NCBI GenBank assembly: GCA_964016885.1
Contig: OZ024746.1
Location: forward strand, 26,784,001-26,848,000
Direction of reading: 5' to 3'
Source: Eledone cirrhosa
Taxonomy: Eukaryota
Length of the DNA: 64,000 nt
The notes under the pieces are model-generated. The model worked only from the letters and a program-made list of their open reading frames with translations. It was not told the origin of the DNA and did no database searches. Below, one piece after another: positions 31,108-48,472 of the stretch. Both the position numbers and the translations under genes were made by a program. Position 1 is the first letter of the stretch. Each line of letters opens with the position of its first letter.

Positions 31108-31777
31108 ATGACCATATCTTTCTTAATCGGGTGAAATATTCCCTGGTTACGCGTTCCTTGTCACCGATACCATCATAGGATATATTCTCATCTATCCCTA
31201 GGTATCTGTAGCAGTTCTTGTCACATATCGGTGAAACAATTAAGCTATTGATAAAAATGTTGCTAGATTGGCTTGTAGTTTTTCCCCGTTTTACAATCAC
31301 ATATGAACATTTAGGCTAAATTCCATTCCTATATCCTTTGAGAATGCCGTGACCAGGTCAAGATTTTTCTTCATCTCATTTATCTTTTTGGCATAGAGTT
31401 TCAGGTCATCCACAAAGAAATTATCGGTTAGGTTCCTATTTCTCTCCTCCTGGGAACCAATTATGTATCCTTCACATTTCTTGAGCAGAAAGAACAAGGG
31501 GTTTAATGACAGAATAAATAGTAACACAGAGAGATTATACTCCTGTGATATTATATTTCATCAGTGAAAATAGCATCCTTCTCCTCTGTTTTTAACTTTA
31601 GGATAGTAGCCCAAGAAGAAGATAGGTTCTCTATGGCTCTGATAATAGTATCTGGGACTATCATCCAAGAGTGGGGAACAGAACTTTCCTGTAGTCCAGC
31701 CAGACTGTAACCACATTCTTGCTAAGTTGTTGCATCTCTCATTCCAGCTGCTTGCTCATCTGTTATGATGTTATTAT
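31108..31777 (-). mobile_element. Decayed R4/Dong-like RT fragment (unit 3, short form)
   Basis: Copy of 2613-3282. Confidence 0.75.
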
Positions 31778-32736
31778 AACTAGGACCAATACAACCGAAT
31801 TAAGCTGAGGTAATGGTAATTCAAACAATTTAATTTTAATGATACTTCCAAAACTGGCTCCTTGTCTCATTAGAATTAAAACTGCTAGATCAGCAGTAGG
31901 AAATATTTTTATGCCGGTATACACACTTAGAAATTAACTGACATTCAATGAAGCCACAATTTGAAAAACATATAGTCCCGCTAAAGTTCAAGGCTTTGGA
32001 AATATATAATTACGTATGTAGGTGTTACTTTTCGTAACAAACATAATAAATTGAACAGATTAACGTTCAATATAATGAAATCAGCAAGAACGTTCTGCTT
32101 CTTTCAGTTGGCAGTAAATATTATTTTGGAAAGTTCGATATAAATATCTCAACCCTGTGTCAGAGTTTTTTCATGTTTGCCAGACCATAACCAATATTGT
32201 TATAGCGAAGTTTATTGTGAAATAAACCTTCAATCATATACTGTATATGATATACATTTCAAAGTATATTATATATATAATATGAATACATTACACATTA
32301 TAATAAATTGTAAACAAACGAAAGTAAGGTTTAAAAAAGTCAAACGTAATATAAATTCAATATCTTTAATGTTTCAATAAAAAAAATATAAATATAAAAA
32401 GTTTATATAACAAATAATTATCTAAAATATAGATATATATTTTACAGTTCCAGTTTGGTGTTATCAATAATACCATGTTAGTAGGATTCTAAATTTTAAA
32501 AAATATTACATAATATTACATAGGATATAAATGTAGAGTTCTCTGTTATATATCAAGCATTACAGAGAAATTAGATAAAATATTCATATTTCTTAGAAAA
32601 TATATTTACAAAATTACAACAGTATTGTTGAGAATTGAAGCTGAAACACTTCTACATATTTATAACGATACACTTGTATCTGGGTGTCTAACTGACAGGG
32701 GTACCAAGGAATATTATAGATTGAGCATTAGATATT

Positions 32737-33391
32737 TCACATGTATGATTTAAGTATTTGTTGAATATGGTTTATATGTTCAAGAAGAGTATGTAGTGTA
32801 ACCATGGTAAACCATCGATGTTCAATGATTGGAATATCTGTTGGTACAAAGAGACTCTCATTCACATCCTCATTGTTTTGGACTTTCGAAGACAACTGAA
32901 ATATCTGAAAATAAAAGGATATATATCAGGTTAAAATATACTCATATAATCTTACATATATATGTATATACAGATATGCTATTAACGCTCTTACGTTAGT
33001 TTGAGCTTTATATTTTATACATGTGTATTATCAAAGAATTTGCATTACTTAAATGTTAGTAGTATAACTCCTATATAAAGTATCTACTGTAGAAACTTCA
33101 TTTCATTATAGGAAATATCAAATCAATTAACAATGGATATATTATATTATCAATACTTACTGGTAAACTTAGTAGAATTTTCAGATCAAATAAGTAATAA
33201 ACAGTCTGTCTTAGATAACAATAGAATATAGCATCTGATGTTCGTGTGAGTTTAGAACAAGCAGCTGGGTAGTAACACTGTGCTCCTATACGTGTGGCAG
33301 GAGCACACAGATTGTCATATTCTCTCTTCACCTGATTCTTCATCACAACAACATATTTATTAAGAGTTGTAGACATGTTGAACAGAGACAT
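32737..33391 (-). pseudogene. IL-6/G-CSF-like gene copy 3, 5'-deleted (only exons 4-5 remain)
   Basis: Exon 4 (33391-33161) and exon 5 (32904-32737) are intact. At 33391/33392 the sequence jumps to the GA-rich upstream region (equivalent to ~6946 in unit 1). About 2 kb is removed, including the TATA box, exons 1-3 and the exon-4 acceptor. Confidence 0.85.
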
Positions 33392-34330
33392 GAGAGAAAA
33401 AAGAGAAAGTTAAGTGAGAGAGAGAGGGGGGAGAGGGAGAGGGGTAGGGAGGGAGTGAAAGTAATATGTAGGATGGAGGACGTGTGAGTGGAGGGAGCAG
33501 AAGAGAGTAGTTAAGTGTAACAATGAATAACTACTTTTATCTTAATTTTAGGTCAAAGTCTATTTTACTTTATTTCATTGATGGGAAACATTTATTTCGT
33601 AGAAGTGTCATTTTAAACGTTTAGAATCACACACAAACACAAATCTTGGTTTTATATATATTATGCTTCTCTCAGTGCCAAAACTTCCAACAAAGATTTT
33701 GATGCTAAGAAGTAAATGCTATTTATGTTAAAATATTTGTGTTTTTCATATTGTAATATTTTCAATTTCTTCTGATAAAGAAATTCGCGTTTAATTTATT
33801 GTGTATTGTTTTGTTTGTCTGTTTGTTTTGTTGTTTTTTTTTTATTTTATTTTCGATATTCCATAACCTCCGCTGAGAAAATACCACAATTCTTGGGATA
33901 TTCCACACTTTCATTATGAAACATAAGACGGAAGTGTTACAATACATGTGACCTCCTACACAGCATCACACTGTCATAGTAATAGTAAAATATATGTCAG
34001 TTTCCATAAACGCTGAAACATAACTGAAAGTAAACAATTATCATTTAGTAAATATAGAATATTAAAGAGGTTATATTTTATATTACGTGCATGTGGTTAG
34101 AATGTCTGAAGAATGAATCAATGGACAGATTTGACGGACAAAACCAACTGGCAGGGTATCCTGGGTGCAACCCGAGTAAGACGGTAGGGTAAAATACATG
34201 AGATCGGCTGGTCTCAATTGAGTATCCAGCCAGATCAAATATTGATTAAATAGATCATCAATAGTTTTGGAGGATTGGGGGTCATCCTTCTCTCTCCGTA
34301 TTACATGAGTTATAAATCATAGGTTTGTTA

Positions 34331-34682
34331 ATTTTCTCCAGTGTATAGGTGTGGTGATCTTCTCCAGTGTATAGGTGTGGTGATCTTCTCCAGTCTATAG
34401 GTGTGGTGATCTTCTCCAGTCTATAGGTGTGGTGATTTTCTCCAGTCTATAGGTGTGGTGATTTTCTCCAGTCTATAGGTGTGGTGATTTTCTCCAGTCT
34501 ATAGGTGTGGTGGTGATTTTCTCCAGTCTATAGGTGTGGGGATTTTCTCCAGTCTCTAGGTGTCGGGGATTTTCTCCTGTCTATAGGTGTGGTGATTTTC
34601 TCCAGTCTATAGGTGTGGTTATTTTCTCCTGTCTATAGGTATGGTGATTTTTTCCAGTCTATAGGTGTCGGGGATTTTCTTC
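34331..34682. repeat. 26-bp minisatellite, ~13 copies
   Basis: Same repeat, unit 3. Confidence 0.95.
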
Positions 34683-36377
34683 AAGATTTGTAAGCCGTAT
34701 ATTTAGTTTGACTTAGTACAATATTTCTATGAGTGAACTACTTGAGTGTCTGGTTGATGTGTTAATGTTACTACAATAGAAATAATTACCTATAGGAAAA
34801 TAATAATAGTATGCACAGTTCATTACTGGTATCTTTGGATCAACACATCTATCAACAAATCTACCAACTAATCTATCAGATGTCACGATAAATCTCTGGT
34901 CAAAATATTTACCATTAATCACTTGTTTGTACACTTCTCTTTTATTTTAAACCTATTCATCGTGTTGGAGTTCTTCAGGTTGGTTCCTTCCAATCCTTTG
35001 GAACACATAATAATTGATTGTGTACACCTGTCTTCAGAGAATCTTGCAACAATTTAGTAATCAAAATTCAATATATATATATATATATATAGTGACGAAA
35101 CATAAGTCAATTGCATGAACTCATAATCCTTTATTTACTGCTATATATATTTCGATGATAGCCATTGAATGGCTATGACCTCATCGGGCAGTTAGTCAGT
35201 TCTTAGATATGCCAGCTCTGTGTTTATAGTGTTGATGGTATCAGAGCCTTGGGACATATATATATATGGTAGGGGGGTGTAGGCATGATTCTCATGTTGA
35301 ATACAGAAAATATTTATGCATCAGTCATGTAATAAGAAATGATACTAATAATTACTCCTGACAGAAATCTAAGAGAAAACATTCAAGGAAAAAAGGTGTA
35401 GCTAATCAAAATGACTTCAGTACATCACAGGTGTTATTTTATTGATTTTCGATGATTTGAAATCAAACCTTAATGACATAACTAATTAACGTGAATCTAA
35501 CATCTAACCTAATGATAATTGTTTATATTAATATCATTTTTTGCATAGACACAATAGCACAAAGCATAATCTATTATATCTATTTTGGTACAATATGCTA
35601 TATTATCTATTATATCTACTTTGGTACAGTATGCTATATTATGTTCTCGTCATTATTATTGTTTGTGTCATGGCTTCAGTTTATGGTTTCTATGGCTTTA
35701 TTTAGTTTATGTTTTTTTTCATCAGAATCCGGCATATTTGGGGACAAATCAGTGTCAACCAGGACACATTAATAAGCCGGATGGAATAACGTGACTGATC
35801 ATACAAACTGAGGTAATCCCGGCCACAACAGGAAATACAGTCTGTCTATCCACATACATTTATACATATAAACTGATCTCCATTCCTTTTACTGTAACAC
35901 AACTAATATGTGGCTGGGTACTAATGTTAAACATTACTATTATTATTCGGATCCGGCTATCAGCTGAGTTTATCATAAAGACTGCCCCACCGCCCTTTTT
36001 AACCAGGAACGGTAGGCAGTTTTTATCTGCCTAATGGCCATGGTGATAGAGATCATATGTTTTTAGGATTCACTTGAAAAGGAAAATCGGGGTGGAGAGG
36101 GAAGTGCTGATTTCCAGCCAGTTTATTGAAAGATGGGTGAGAGATGTAATAATGGCCCGTGTGAATGTGTCTGCCCTGAGCGTGTGCCTGTATTACTGAA
36201 GGAAGACAATGCTTGCCTTAACAGTCTGGGTGACCTTGGCTTATGTAGGCTTTCTCCACATGTACCCATTGGAGTCTCCTCGCCTTTGGGGATTTATGTT
36301 TGTTGTTTTAAATGTTTATTGCGTTAATATCTGTTATAAATATTATTTTACACAAAAAAATCTACAAGAAAGCATTT

Positions 36378-36480
36378 GGGAGTACCGGTAGAGCGTAGAG
36401 TTAAGTCCCTTTACATTCTGAGTTCAAATCCCGCCGCGGTTAACTTTGCCTTTCTTCCTTACGGGGTCGATAAAATAAAG
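36378..36480 (+). mobile_element. tRNA-derived SINE fragment (unit 3)
   Basis: Copy of 26671-26773. Confidence 0.7.
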
Positions 36481-37300
36481 CAGCAATTTAAACATTCATA
36501 CCTGATATACATAAACAAAATATTATCTTGCTTCACACCCACCCGCACACACACATACACATATGTGTGTGTGTGTCTGTCTGTGTGTGTGTAAATAAAC
36601 AACCAGGATTAAATTAAATCATTTAATATTTTACGAATGATACATAAAAGAAAAGAATGAAACTAAATGTAGTTGAAATAGATGTTGATAAATGTAAAAG
36701 TTTGTGTTTACAAATGTTTAATTGTTCTTTTCAAGTGGCTTGGGAAATACACTATTGAGGCAATAATTTCTTCGTTATTTTGATAGATAGATTTATTTAT
36801 TTATTTTGATAGATAGTAACCGGATACTACTAATAAACTTACATTAATATATTGCCATTTATACATAATCAATCATTAATTAATACACATTGCCTTCAAT
36901 TAACAAAGTATTTATGACAAACTTATAAAATATGCAATATTTGAAAATATCGGATTGAAAATATGTAAAAATATAGCCCCGACATAAAATTTTATGAGGA
37001 ACATCAAATTAAGCCCTGTACTTAATCAGCCATTAAATTTATTCTTCTCAATATTTTACTAAACTTTTAGACACATTCAATTTTTTCCAAACATCAGTTG
37101 TTAAAATGTTACCCAAACACACATGGTACTGTTTCGAAAATTACTTTTGAATTATATTTGTATACACAGATAATTAAGACTTTGCAAAATAAAGTGTTCA
37201 AAAACTATTTTTTTTTTACTTTCTCTCTCTCATACTCTCACTCTCGACACAAACACATACATTCATGCAGACACACAAACACACACATCTTTTGATCTTA

Positions 37301-37487
<187 letters not shown>

Positions 37488-37667
37488 TAAGATCAAAAGA
37501 TGTTTAAATGTGTTCCATGTATTTTATTATGCGCATTTCAAAGACAAATATCATCATGCAATAACATTTGTGTTTTCATCAGATAAAATAGGAGGACATG
37601 ATATGCAGGTTAAAAACACTTGTGGATAGTGCAGTTTTAATATCGTACTACAATAAAACTCACCTCC

Positions 37668-37716
<49 letters not shown>

Positions 37717-37747
37717 TTACATATATATATTTATATATATATACATT

Positions 37748-37784
<37 letters not shown>

Positions 37785-38200
37785 TAAAACCCAGATAGAC
37801 CATAACCCACCAGAGTACTTGATATTTGGGGTAGTAGAGTGGGTAACATGAAAAGATTCAGGACCCCGACGGCTGAACTCCGGCCGTTTCGACAGCTAGA
37901 TCAAAACTAAAGCGCCAGTAGTCGTGATTAAGGAAGTGGTTTTTATACCGGCTCTCTCACATACCCACATATCTCCAGGATTCGTTTCTTGATATTGATT
38001 CAATGAAGAGACCTCAGATCGTAAATTATCGCTGGGTTGATGCATTTTTGATCCTGCGGTCATGACTCCGATTATTTACAAGAACATTCAATTTACCAAT
38101 TCATTTACTTCGGCACAGGTTGAAAGAGTTGTCCCTCCGGCCCACGAAACGTACGACTCTCGTATGGCGCCATTGTAGTAACAACAAATGTAGAAGAACA

Positions 38201-38738
38201 TTGTAGGAGAAATTTTCACAGTTGGGGAGGTGACGTTCAGTGTTCTACAATCATGTAGTTGCTGCTAAATGAGAGTTTACAATATTCTTTGTTTATTTTT
38301 GTAGTAATTGGGACATTCCTACACTATAACCATATCTATAGTCTAATGCTCTCCATAACTGACCATCTCTTCATCAATTTAGCTATTATTTATCTTGAAA
38401 TTCATTATGAAATCTGTTTATAAATTTATTTACACAGTGGCGTATGATTTCGCGAAGATTTAGTTCCTGCTTCTGTGTAGAAATCCCCAATATACCTAAT
38501 TTAAATATTTATCACTGATCCAGAATGTAATTATTCTCTTAAAATATAATAAAATATTTCTGGTTTTAATTACTGATGAAGTTTAAATATTTCCTTGTTT
38601 AATTAATAGAATCTTTAAACCTTTTTTTCTCCTCCAGATTGGCAATATACATTGGTTTTATACATCTCAACATGGATGACATTGATATATATTCTTTTAT
38701 TTTCAGATATTCCAGTTGTTTTCAAAAGTCCAAAACAA
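38201..38738 (+). pseudogene. Inverted pseudo-copy of the cytokine-like gene (unit 4)
   Basis: Same intron-1 / exon-2 / exon-5 fusion as 1-480. Confidence 0.8.
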
Positions 38739-39862
38739 GTAATACCCTCAGCGCCCCCAATCCTATTTCCAGAGAGACCTGCCTACACGCAAGTTGTAAA
38801 TAATATATAACAAATAAAATAGTTAATTTTTATATAATAAAATAATGTAATATATTCTATGTATAAATAAATATTATATATTTTTTATTTTACTATATTG
38901 ATATATATTGTTATACTTGGGGAGGGTCATATTTGTGTAATATTGCCAGAATTAATAATAGAACACACTTACTGTTGGGTTGGTTTTCGCTTTTCACTTC
39001 TGTTTCTTTTATATCGGTAATCTAATTTATTCGGTCCTCGATGTTGCCATTCACTGACCAACAGTCAAAAATAATACAGATACAATATAGACACAAACAC
39101 ATATATATAGTTTATCAAAGTTCTTTCGTTGTACATCTTTAACATCGTCAGTGGTGCTATTGTTTCCTCCCGTTACATTCTATTTTCTACGCCATCTTCA
39201 TTTAGTCTGTTTATATATTTATTTATTTGTTTATTTTATTTTGACTTCTTTGCGCATGCGTTTGCGTGTGTGTATAGTGTTTTGTTTGATGTGTGTTCGT
39301 GATTGGGTGACTGTGTATTGGTTAATGTATTCTATCTTTACTAGTGTGTGTTGGTCTATCCTTTCACCTGTGCTACAAGCTGTCTCGCCTATGTATGTTG
39401 CTGTCATGTTTCTGCAAGTAACCTCTGTACATCTTATGCAATAGACTACGTTTCTAGTTTTACAATTTATCCGTATAAATTTTATATTTTATATTTTATA
39501 TTTTATATTTTATATTTTATATTTTATATTTTATATTTTATATTTTATATTTAATATACTATTATATCATTTCTATCGTCCCCTTAGGCCGAAGCACCCC
39601 AGGACCTTCTCAACGCTCTCGGGGTGGGGGCGTTAGCGTCCACTTTAAGAACCTTTGGTTTATGCGGTGGCATTTTTCCTCTGGTCAGTTCCCCATAAAA
39701 TAACCGTTTAGGAAGCCCTTCATCTTCCATCCTGCTCAAGTCACCTGCCCAATGCATCTAGCTCATTATAATCCTTATCTCAATACTAGTGCTACCCGCT
39801 TTTACGGTACAGCAGTATCAGATGTGTAAGAGGACCACTTGATGTTCAGTAAGCGTGGGATA

Positions 39863-40785
39863 CAAGATAAATCACAATGAGTGGATTGATGATAATGATG
39901 TTGCAATCACCAAGCCTAGTGAAGAGAAAAATAACTTGTATTGAAGTGTCTTGTTGCAGATGGTCCAGTGATGATCACTTTTGAGAAGACCTTCAAAGAA
40001 ACAAAGTCAAAACTGCCATATAAATTTCTAAGAATGAAGAATAAATTATGGTCTGAAGTTTCAGCCGAGATTCAGAAAGATTATAACTGCAGAGAATTAC
40101 AGCACAATAAGTTAAGCTTTTGGCTCAGCGCACTAAAACATGGCACCATTGAAGTAAAGAGATGGGAAAGCCCTCATCAAAGAGATGGACACAATGAAAC
40201 TCTAGATTTTGATGGAATACCTGTTGAGCTGATCCGCTTTCGAGGTGACAATGTTGCTATGGCCATTCATAGACTAGTCTCATCAGTTTGGCATTGTGAG
40301 CCTATCCCGCAAGGCTGGGTAGATGCAATTTTGCTCTTGATTTACAATGGCAAGAGCTCCAGGTTTAAATGCGGTGGATATCGTAGTATAAGTCTGCTCG
40401 ATTCGGAAGGGAATGTTGTATCCAAGGTCTTGCTGAATCGTCTAAATGGATCTGTCCTGGGGCCATCCCTGATAGCCAGGAACTAGGCGGAGTACTGTGG
40501 ACAGGATTTTTGCAGTCCATCAGCTTATGGAGTGCGTTGAGCAGCAAGTGTCACTGTACAAAGTATTTGTGACCTTTATCAAAACCTTTGATACTGTTAA
40601 TCGTAGTACATTGTGAATCATATTGGGGAAATTTGGATGCCGTCATGAATTTGTTGGAATATGCAAAAAATTCCATCAAAATATGAAAACAAAAGTGAAC
40701 TTCAACGGGACACTTTCAGAGCCAATTTCAATGGCAAACGGTGTCTAGCAAGGTGGCATTCCTGCACCCACTCTGTTTACCATCA
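39863..40785 (+). mobile_element. Decayed RTE-clade LINE fragment (unit 4)
   Basis: Copy of 1690-2612. Confidence 0.85.
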
Positions 40786-41822
40786 ATGACCATATCTTTC
40801 TTAATCGGGTGAAATATTCCCTGGTTACGCGTTCCTTGTCACCGATACCATCATAGGATATATTCTCATCTATCCCTAGGTATCTGTAGCAGTTCTTGTC
40901 ACATATCGGTGAAACAATTAAGCTATTGATAAAAATGTTGCTAGATTGGCTTGTAGTTTTTCCCCGTTTTACAATCACATATGAACATTTAGGCTAAATT
41001 CCATTCCTATATCCTTTGAGAATGCCGTAACCAGGTCAAGATTTTTCTTCATCTCATTTATCTTTTTGGCATAGAGTTTCAGGTCATCCACAAAGAAATT
41101 ATCGGTTAGGTTCCTATTTCTCTCCTCCTGGGAACCAATTATGTATCCTTCACATTTCTTGAGCAGAAAGGACAAGGGGTTTAATTACAGAATAAATAGT
41201 AACACAGAGAGAATATACTCCTGTGATATTATATTTCATCAGTGAAAATAGCATCCTTCTCCTCTGTTTTTAACTTTAGGATAGTAGCCCAAGAAGAAGA
41301 TAGGTTCTCTATGGCTCTGATAATAGTATCTGGGACTATCATCCAAGAGTGGGGAACAGAACTTTCCTGTAGTCCAGCCAGACTGTAACCACATTCTTGC
41401 TAAGTTGTTGCATCTCTCATTCCAGCTGCTTGCTCATCTGTTATGATGTTATTATTGTCGCAGGGATTTTGGAGAAATAGGTTCAAGCAGGCTGCATACA
41501 TTTTATACATTAGATTCTGGCATGCAACGTGTGGGTAGTTATTTTTTTAAATTCCAAATGGGTGTCTTTGGAGACCAATATTGTTTGTGTTAATGTCAAC
41601 ACCCCTGGTATATGTGCATCTCCCAGGAGGGCTTTCTGGTAGAGGTTGATCATATACATCCGATAGAATGTCAGTTTTTTGTACAAGTAGCCAATAATCA
41701 AGTCTCTTCCTGCTGTTTTATTAGCTTGGAGGTTTCCTATCACAGTCTGAAGGGTATCATCATTTAATCTGTATGGATTTGTTGCAGTGTAGGGGCAGTA
41801 GTTCTTTTGCATTTATAGGTGG
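40786..41822 (-). mobile_element. Decayed R4/Dong-like RT fragment (unit 4, long form)
   Basis: Copy of 19056-20092. Confidence 0.75.
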
Positions 41823-42774
41823 AACTAGGACCAATACAACCGAATTAAGCTGAGGTAATGGTAATTCAAACAATTTAATTTTAATGATACTTCCAAAACT
41901 GGCTCCTTGTCTCATTAGAATTAAAACTGCTAGATCAGCAGTAGGAAATATTTTTATGCCGGTATACACACTTAGAAATTAACTGACAACAATGAAGCCA
42001 CAATTTGAAAAACATATAGTCCCGCTAAAGTTCAAGCCTTTGGAAATATATAATTTCGAATGTAGTTGTTACTTTTCGTAACAATCATAATAAATTGAAC
42101 AGATTAACGTTCAATATAATGAAATCATCAAGAACGTTCTGCTTCTTTCAGTTGGCAGTAAATATTATTTTGGAAAGTTCGATATAAATATCTCAACCCT
42201 GTGTCAGAGTTTTTTCATGTTTGCCAGACCATCACCAATATTGTTATAGCGAAGTTTATTGTGAAATAAACCTTCAATCATATACTGTATATGATATACA
42301 TTTCAAAGTATATTATATATATAATATGAATACATTACACATTATAATAAATTATAAACAAACGAAAGTAAGGTTTAAAAAAGTCAAACGTAATATAAAT
42401 TCAATATCTTTAATGTTTCAATAAAAAAATATATAAAAAGTTTATATAACAAATAATTATCTAAAATATAGATATATATTTTACAGTTCCAGTTTGGTGT
42501 TATCAATAATACCATTTTAGTAGGATTCTAAATTTAAAAAAATATTACATAATATTACATAGGATATAAATGTAGAGTTCTCTGTTATATATCAAGCATT
42601 ACAGAGAAATTAGATAAAATATTCATATTTTTAGAAAATATATTTACAAAATTACAACAGTATTGTTGAGAATTGAAGCTGAAACACTTCTACATATTTA
42701 TAACGATACACTTGTATCTGGGTGTCTAACTGACAGGGGTACCAAGGAATATTATAGATTGAGCATTAGATATT

Positions 42775-45059
<2,285 letters not shown>

Positions 45060-46326
45060 GTTGATCTTTTATAAATTTGTTAGAGGAAATATAAGTTAAT
45101 GTGAGACGTCAGTAAATTTGCTTGTACTCTTTTGAATACAATTAATAAATGATAGTCAATAGAATTATAATGTGACTTTATATACTTACCAGTGAAACTT
45201 ATATATTTGGAAATACCGTTGATATATATTGAAGATGGAGAATTTGAAAGTTCCCAACATCCATAGTTTACTATTTAGATGAGAATAGATTTACTTTCAG
45301 TTGTAGAGACCAGCGTATCTATTTATAATCCCAATTTTAGTAGGAGAGATAAAAGTAGAGGGGGAGAAAGACGGAGTGAGAGAATGGTGAAAGAAAAAAA
45401 TAGAAAATTAAGTGAGAGGGAGAGGGGGAGAGAGAGGCGGCGGGAGAGAGTGAAAGTAATACGTAGGATGGAGGACGTGTGAGTGGAGGGAGAAGGAGAG
45501 AGTAGTTAATTGTAACAATGAATAACTATTTTTATCTTAATTTTAGGTCAAAAGTCTATTTTACTTTATTTCATTGATGGGAAACATTTATTTCGTAGAA
45601 GTGTCATTTTAAACATTTAGAATCACACACAAACACAAATCTTGGTTTTATATATATTATGTTTCTCTCAGTGCCAAAACTTCCAACAAAGATTTTGATG
45701 CTAAGAAGTAAATGCTATTTATGTTAAAAGATTTGTGTTTTTCATATTGTAATATTTTCAATTTCTTCTGATAAAGAAATTCGCGTTTAATTTATTGTGT
45801 ATTGTTTTGTTTGTCTGTTTGTTTTGTTGTTTTTTTTTTATTTTATTTTCGATATTCCATAACCTCCGCTGAGAAAATACCACAATTCTTGGAATATGCA
45901 ACACTTTCATTATGAAACATAAGACGGAAGTGTTACAATACATGTGACCTCCTACACAGCATCACACTGTCATAGTAATAGTAAAATATATGTCAGTTTC
46001 CATAAACGCTGAAACATAACTGAAAGTAAACAATTATCATTTAGTAAATATAGAATATTAAAGAGGTTATATTTTATATTACGTGCATGTGGTTAGAATG
46101 TCTGAAGAATGAATCAATGGACAGATTTGACGGACAAAACCAACTGGCAGGGTATCCTGGGTGCAACCCGAGTAAGACGGTAGGGTAAAATACATGAGAT
46201 CGGCTGGTCTCAATTGAGTATCCAGCCAGATCAAATATTGATTAAATAGATCATCAATAGTTTTGGAGGATTGGGGGTCATCCTTCTCTCTCCGTATTAC
46301 ATGAGTTATAAATCATAGGTTTGTTA

Positions 46327-46678
46327 ATTTTCTCCAGTGTATAGGTGTGGTGATCTTCTCCAGTGTATAGGTGTGGTGATCTTCTCCAGTCTATAGGTGT
46401 GGTGATCTTCTCCAGTCTATAGGTGTGGTGATTTTCTCCAGTCTATAGGTGTGGTGATTTTCTCCAGTCTATAGGTGTGGTGATTTTCTCCAGTCTATAG
46501 GTGTGGTGGTGATTTTCTCCAGTCTATAGGTGTGGGGATTTTCTCCAGTCTCTAGGTGTCGGGGATTTTCTCCTGTCTATAGGTGTGGTGATTTTCTCCA
46601 GTCTATAGGTGTGGTTATTTTCTCCTGTCTATAGGTATGGTGATTTTTTCCAGTCTATAGGTGTCGGGGATTTTCTTC
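46327..46678. repeat. 26-bp minisatellite, ~13 copies
   Basis: Same repeat, unit 4; variant order matches unit 3. Confidence 0.95.
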
Positions 46679-48369
46679 AAGATTTGTAAGCCGTATATTT
46701 AGTTTGACTTAGTACAATATTTCTATGAGTGAACTACTTGAGTGTCTGGTTGATGTGTTAATGTTACTACAATAGAAATAATTACCTATAGGAAAATAAT
46801 AATAGTATGCACAGTTCATTACTGGTATCTTTGGATCAACACATCTATCAACAAATCTACCAACTAATCTATCAGATGTCACGATAAATCTCTGGTCAAA
46901 ATATTTACCATTAATCACTTGTTTGTACACTTCTCTTTTATTTTAAACCTATTCATCGTGTTGGAGTTCTTCAGGTTGGTTCCTTCCAATCCTTTGGAAC
47001 ACATAATAATTGATTGTGTACACCTGTCTTCAGAGAATCTTGCAACAATTTAGTAATCAAAATTCAATATATATATATATATAGTGACGAAACATAAGTC
47101 AATTGCATGAACTCATAATCCTTTATTTACTGCTATATATATTTCGATGATAGCCATTGAATGGCTATGACCTCATCGGGCAGTTAGTCAGTTCTTAGAT
47201 ATGCCAGCTCTGTGTTTATAGTGTTGATGGTATCAGAGCCTTGGGACATATATATATATGGTAGGGGGGTGTAGGCATGATTCTCATGTTGAATACAGAA
47301 AATATTTATGCATCAGTCATGTAATAAGAAATGATACTAATAATTACTCCTGACAGAAATCTAAGAGAAAACATTCAAGGAAAAAAGGTGTAGCTAATCA
47401 AAATGACTTCAGTACATCACAGGTGTTATTTTATTGATTTTCGATGATTTGAAATCAAACCTTAATGACATAACTAATTAACGTGAATCTAACATCTAAC
47501 CTAATGATAATTGTTTATATTAATATCATTTTTTGCATAGACACAATAGCACAAAGCATAATCTATTATATCTATTTTGGTACAATATGCTATATTATCT
47601 ATTATATCTACTTTGGTACAGTATGCTATATTATGTTCTCGTCATTATTATTGTTTGTGTCATGGCTTCAGTTTATGGTTTCTTTGGCTTTATTTAGTTT
47701 ATGTTTTTTTTCATCAGAATCCGGCATATTTGGGGACAAATCAGTGTCAACCAGGACACATTAATAAGCCGGATGGAATAACGTGACTGATCATACAAAC
47801 TGAGGTAATCCCGGCCACAACAGGAAATACAGTCTGTCTATCCACATACATTTATACATATAAACTGATCTCCATTCCTTTTACTGTAACACAACTAATA
47901 TGTGGCTGGGTACTAATGTTAAACATTACTATTATTATTCGGATCCGGCTATCAGCTGAGTTTATCATAAAGACTGCCCCACCGCCCTTTTTAACCAGGA
48001 ACGGTAGGCAGTTTTTATCTGCCTAATGGCCATGGTGATAGAGATCATATGTTTTTAGGATTCACTTGAAAAGGAAAATCGGGGTGGAGAGGGAAGTGCT
48101 GATTTCCAGCCAGTTTATTGAAAGATGGGTGAGAGATGTAATAATGGCCCGTGTGAATGTGTCTGCCCTGAGCGTGTGCCTGTATTACTGAAGGAAGACA
48201 ATGCTTGCCTTAACAGTCTGGGTGACCTTGGCTTATGTAGGCTTTCTCCACATGTACCCATTGGCGTCTCCTCGCCTTTGGGGATTTATGTTTGTTGTTT
48301 TAAATGTTTATTGCGTTAATATCTGTTATAAATATTATTTTACACAAAAAAATCTACAAGAAAGCATTT

Positions 48370-48472
48370 GGGAGTACCGGTAGAGCGTAGAGTTAAGTCC
48401 CTTTACATTCTGAGTTCAAATCCCGCCGCGGTTAACTTTGCCTTTCTTCCTTACGGGGTCGATAAAATAAAG
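48370..48472 (+). mobile_element. tRNA-derived SINE fragment (unit 4)
   Basis: Copy of 26671-26773. Confidence 0.7.
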
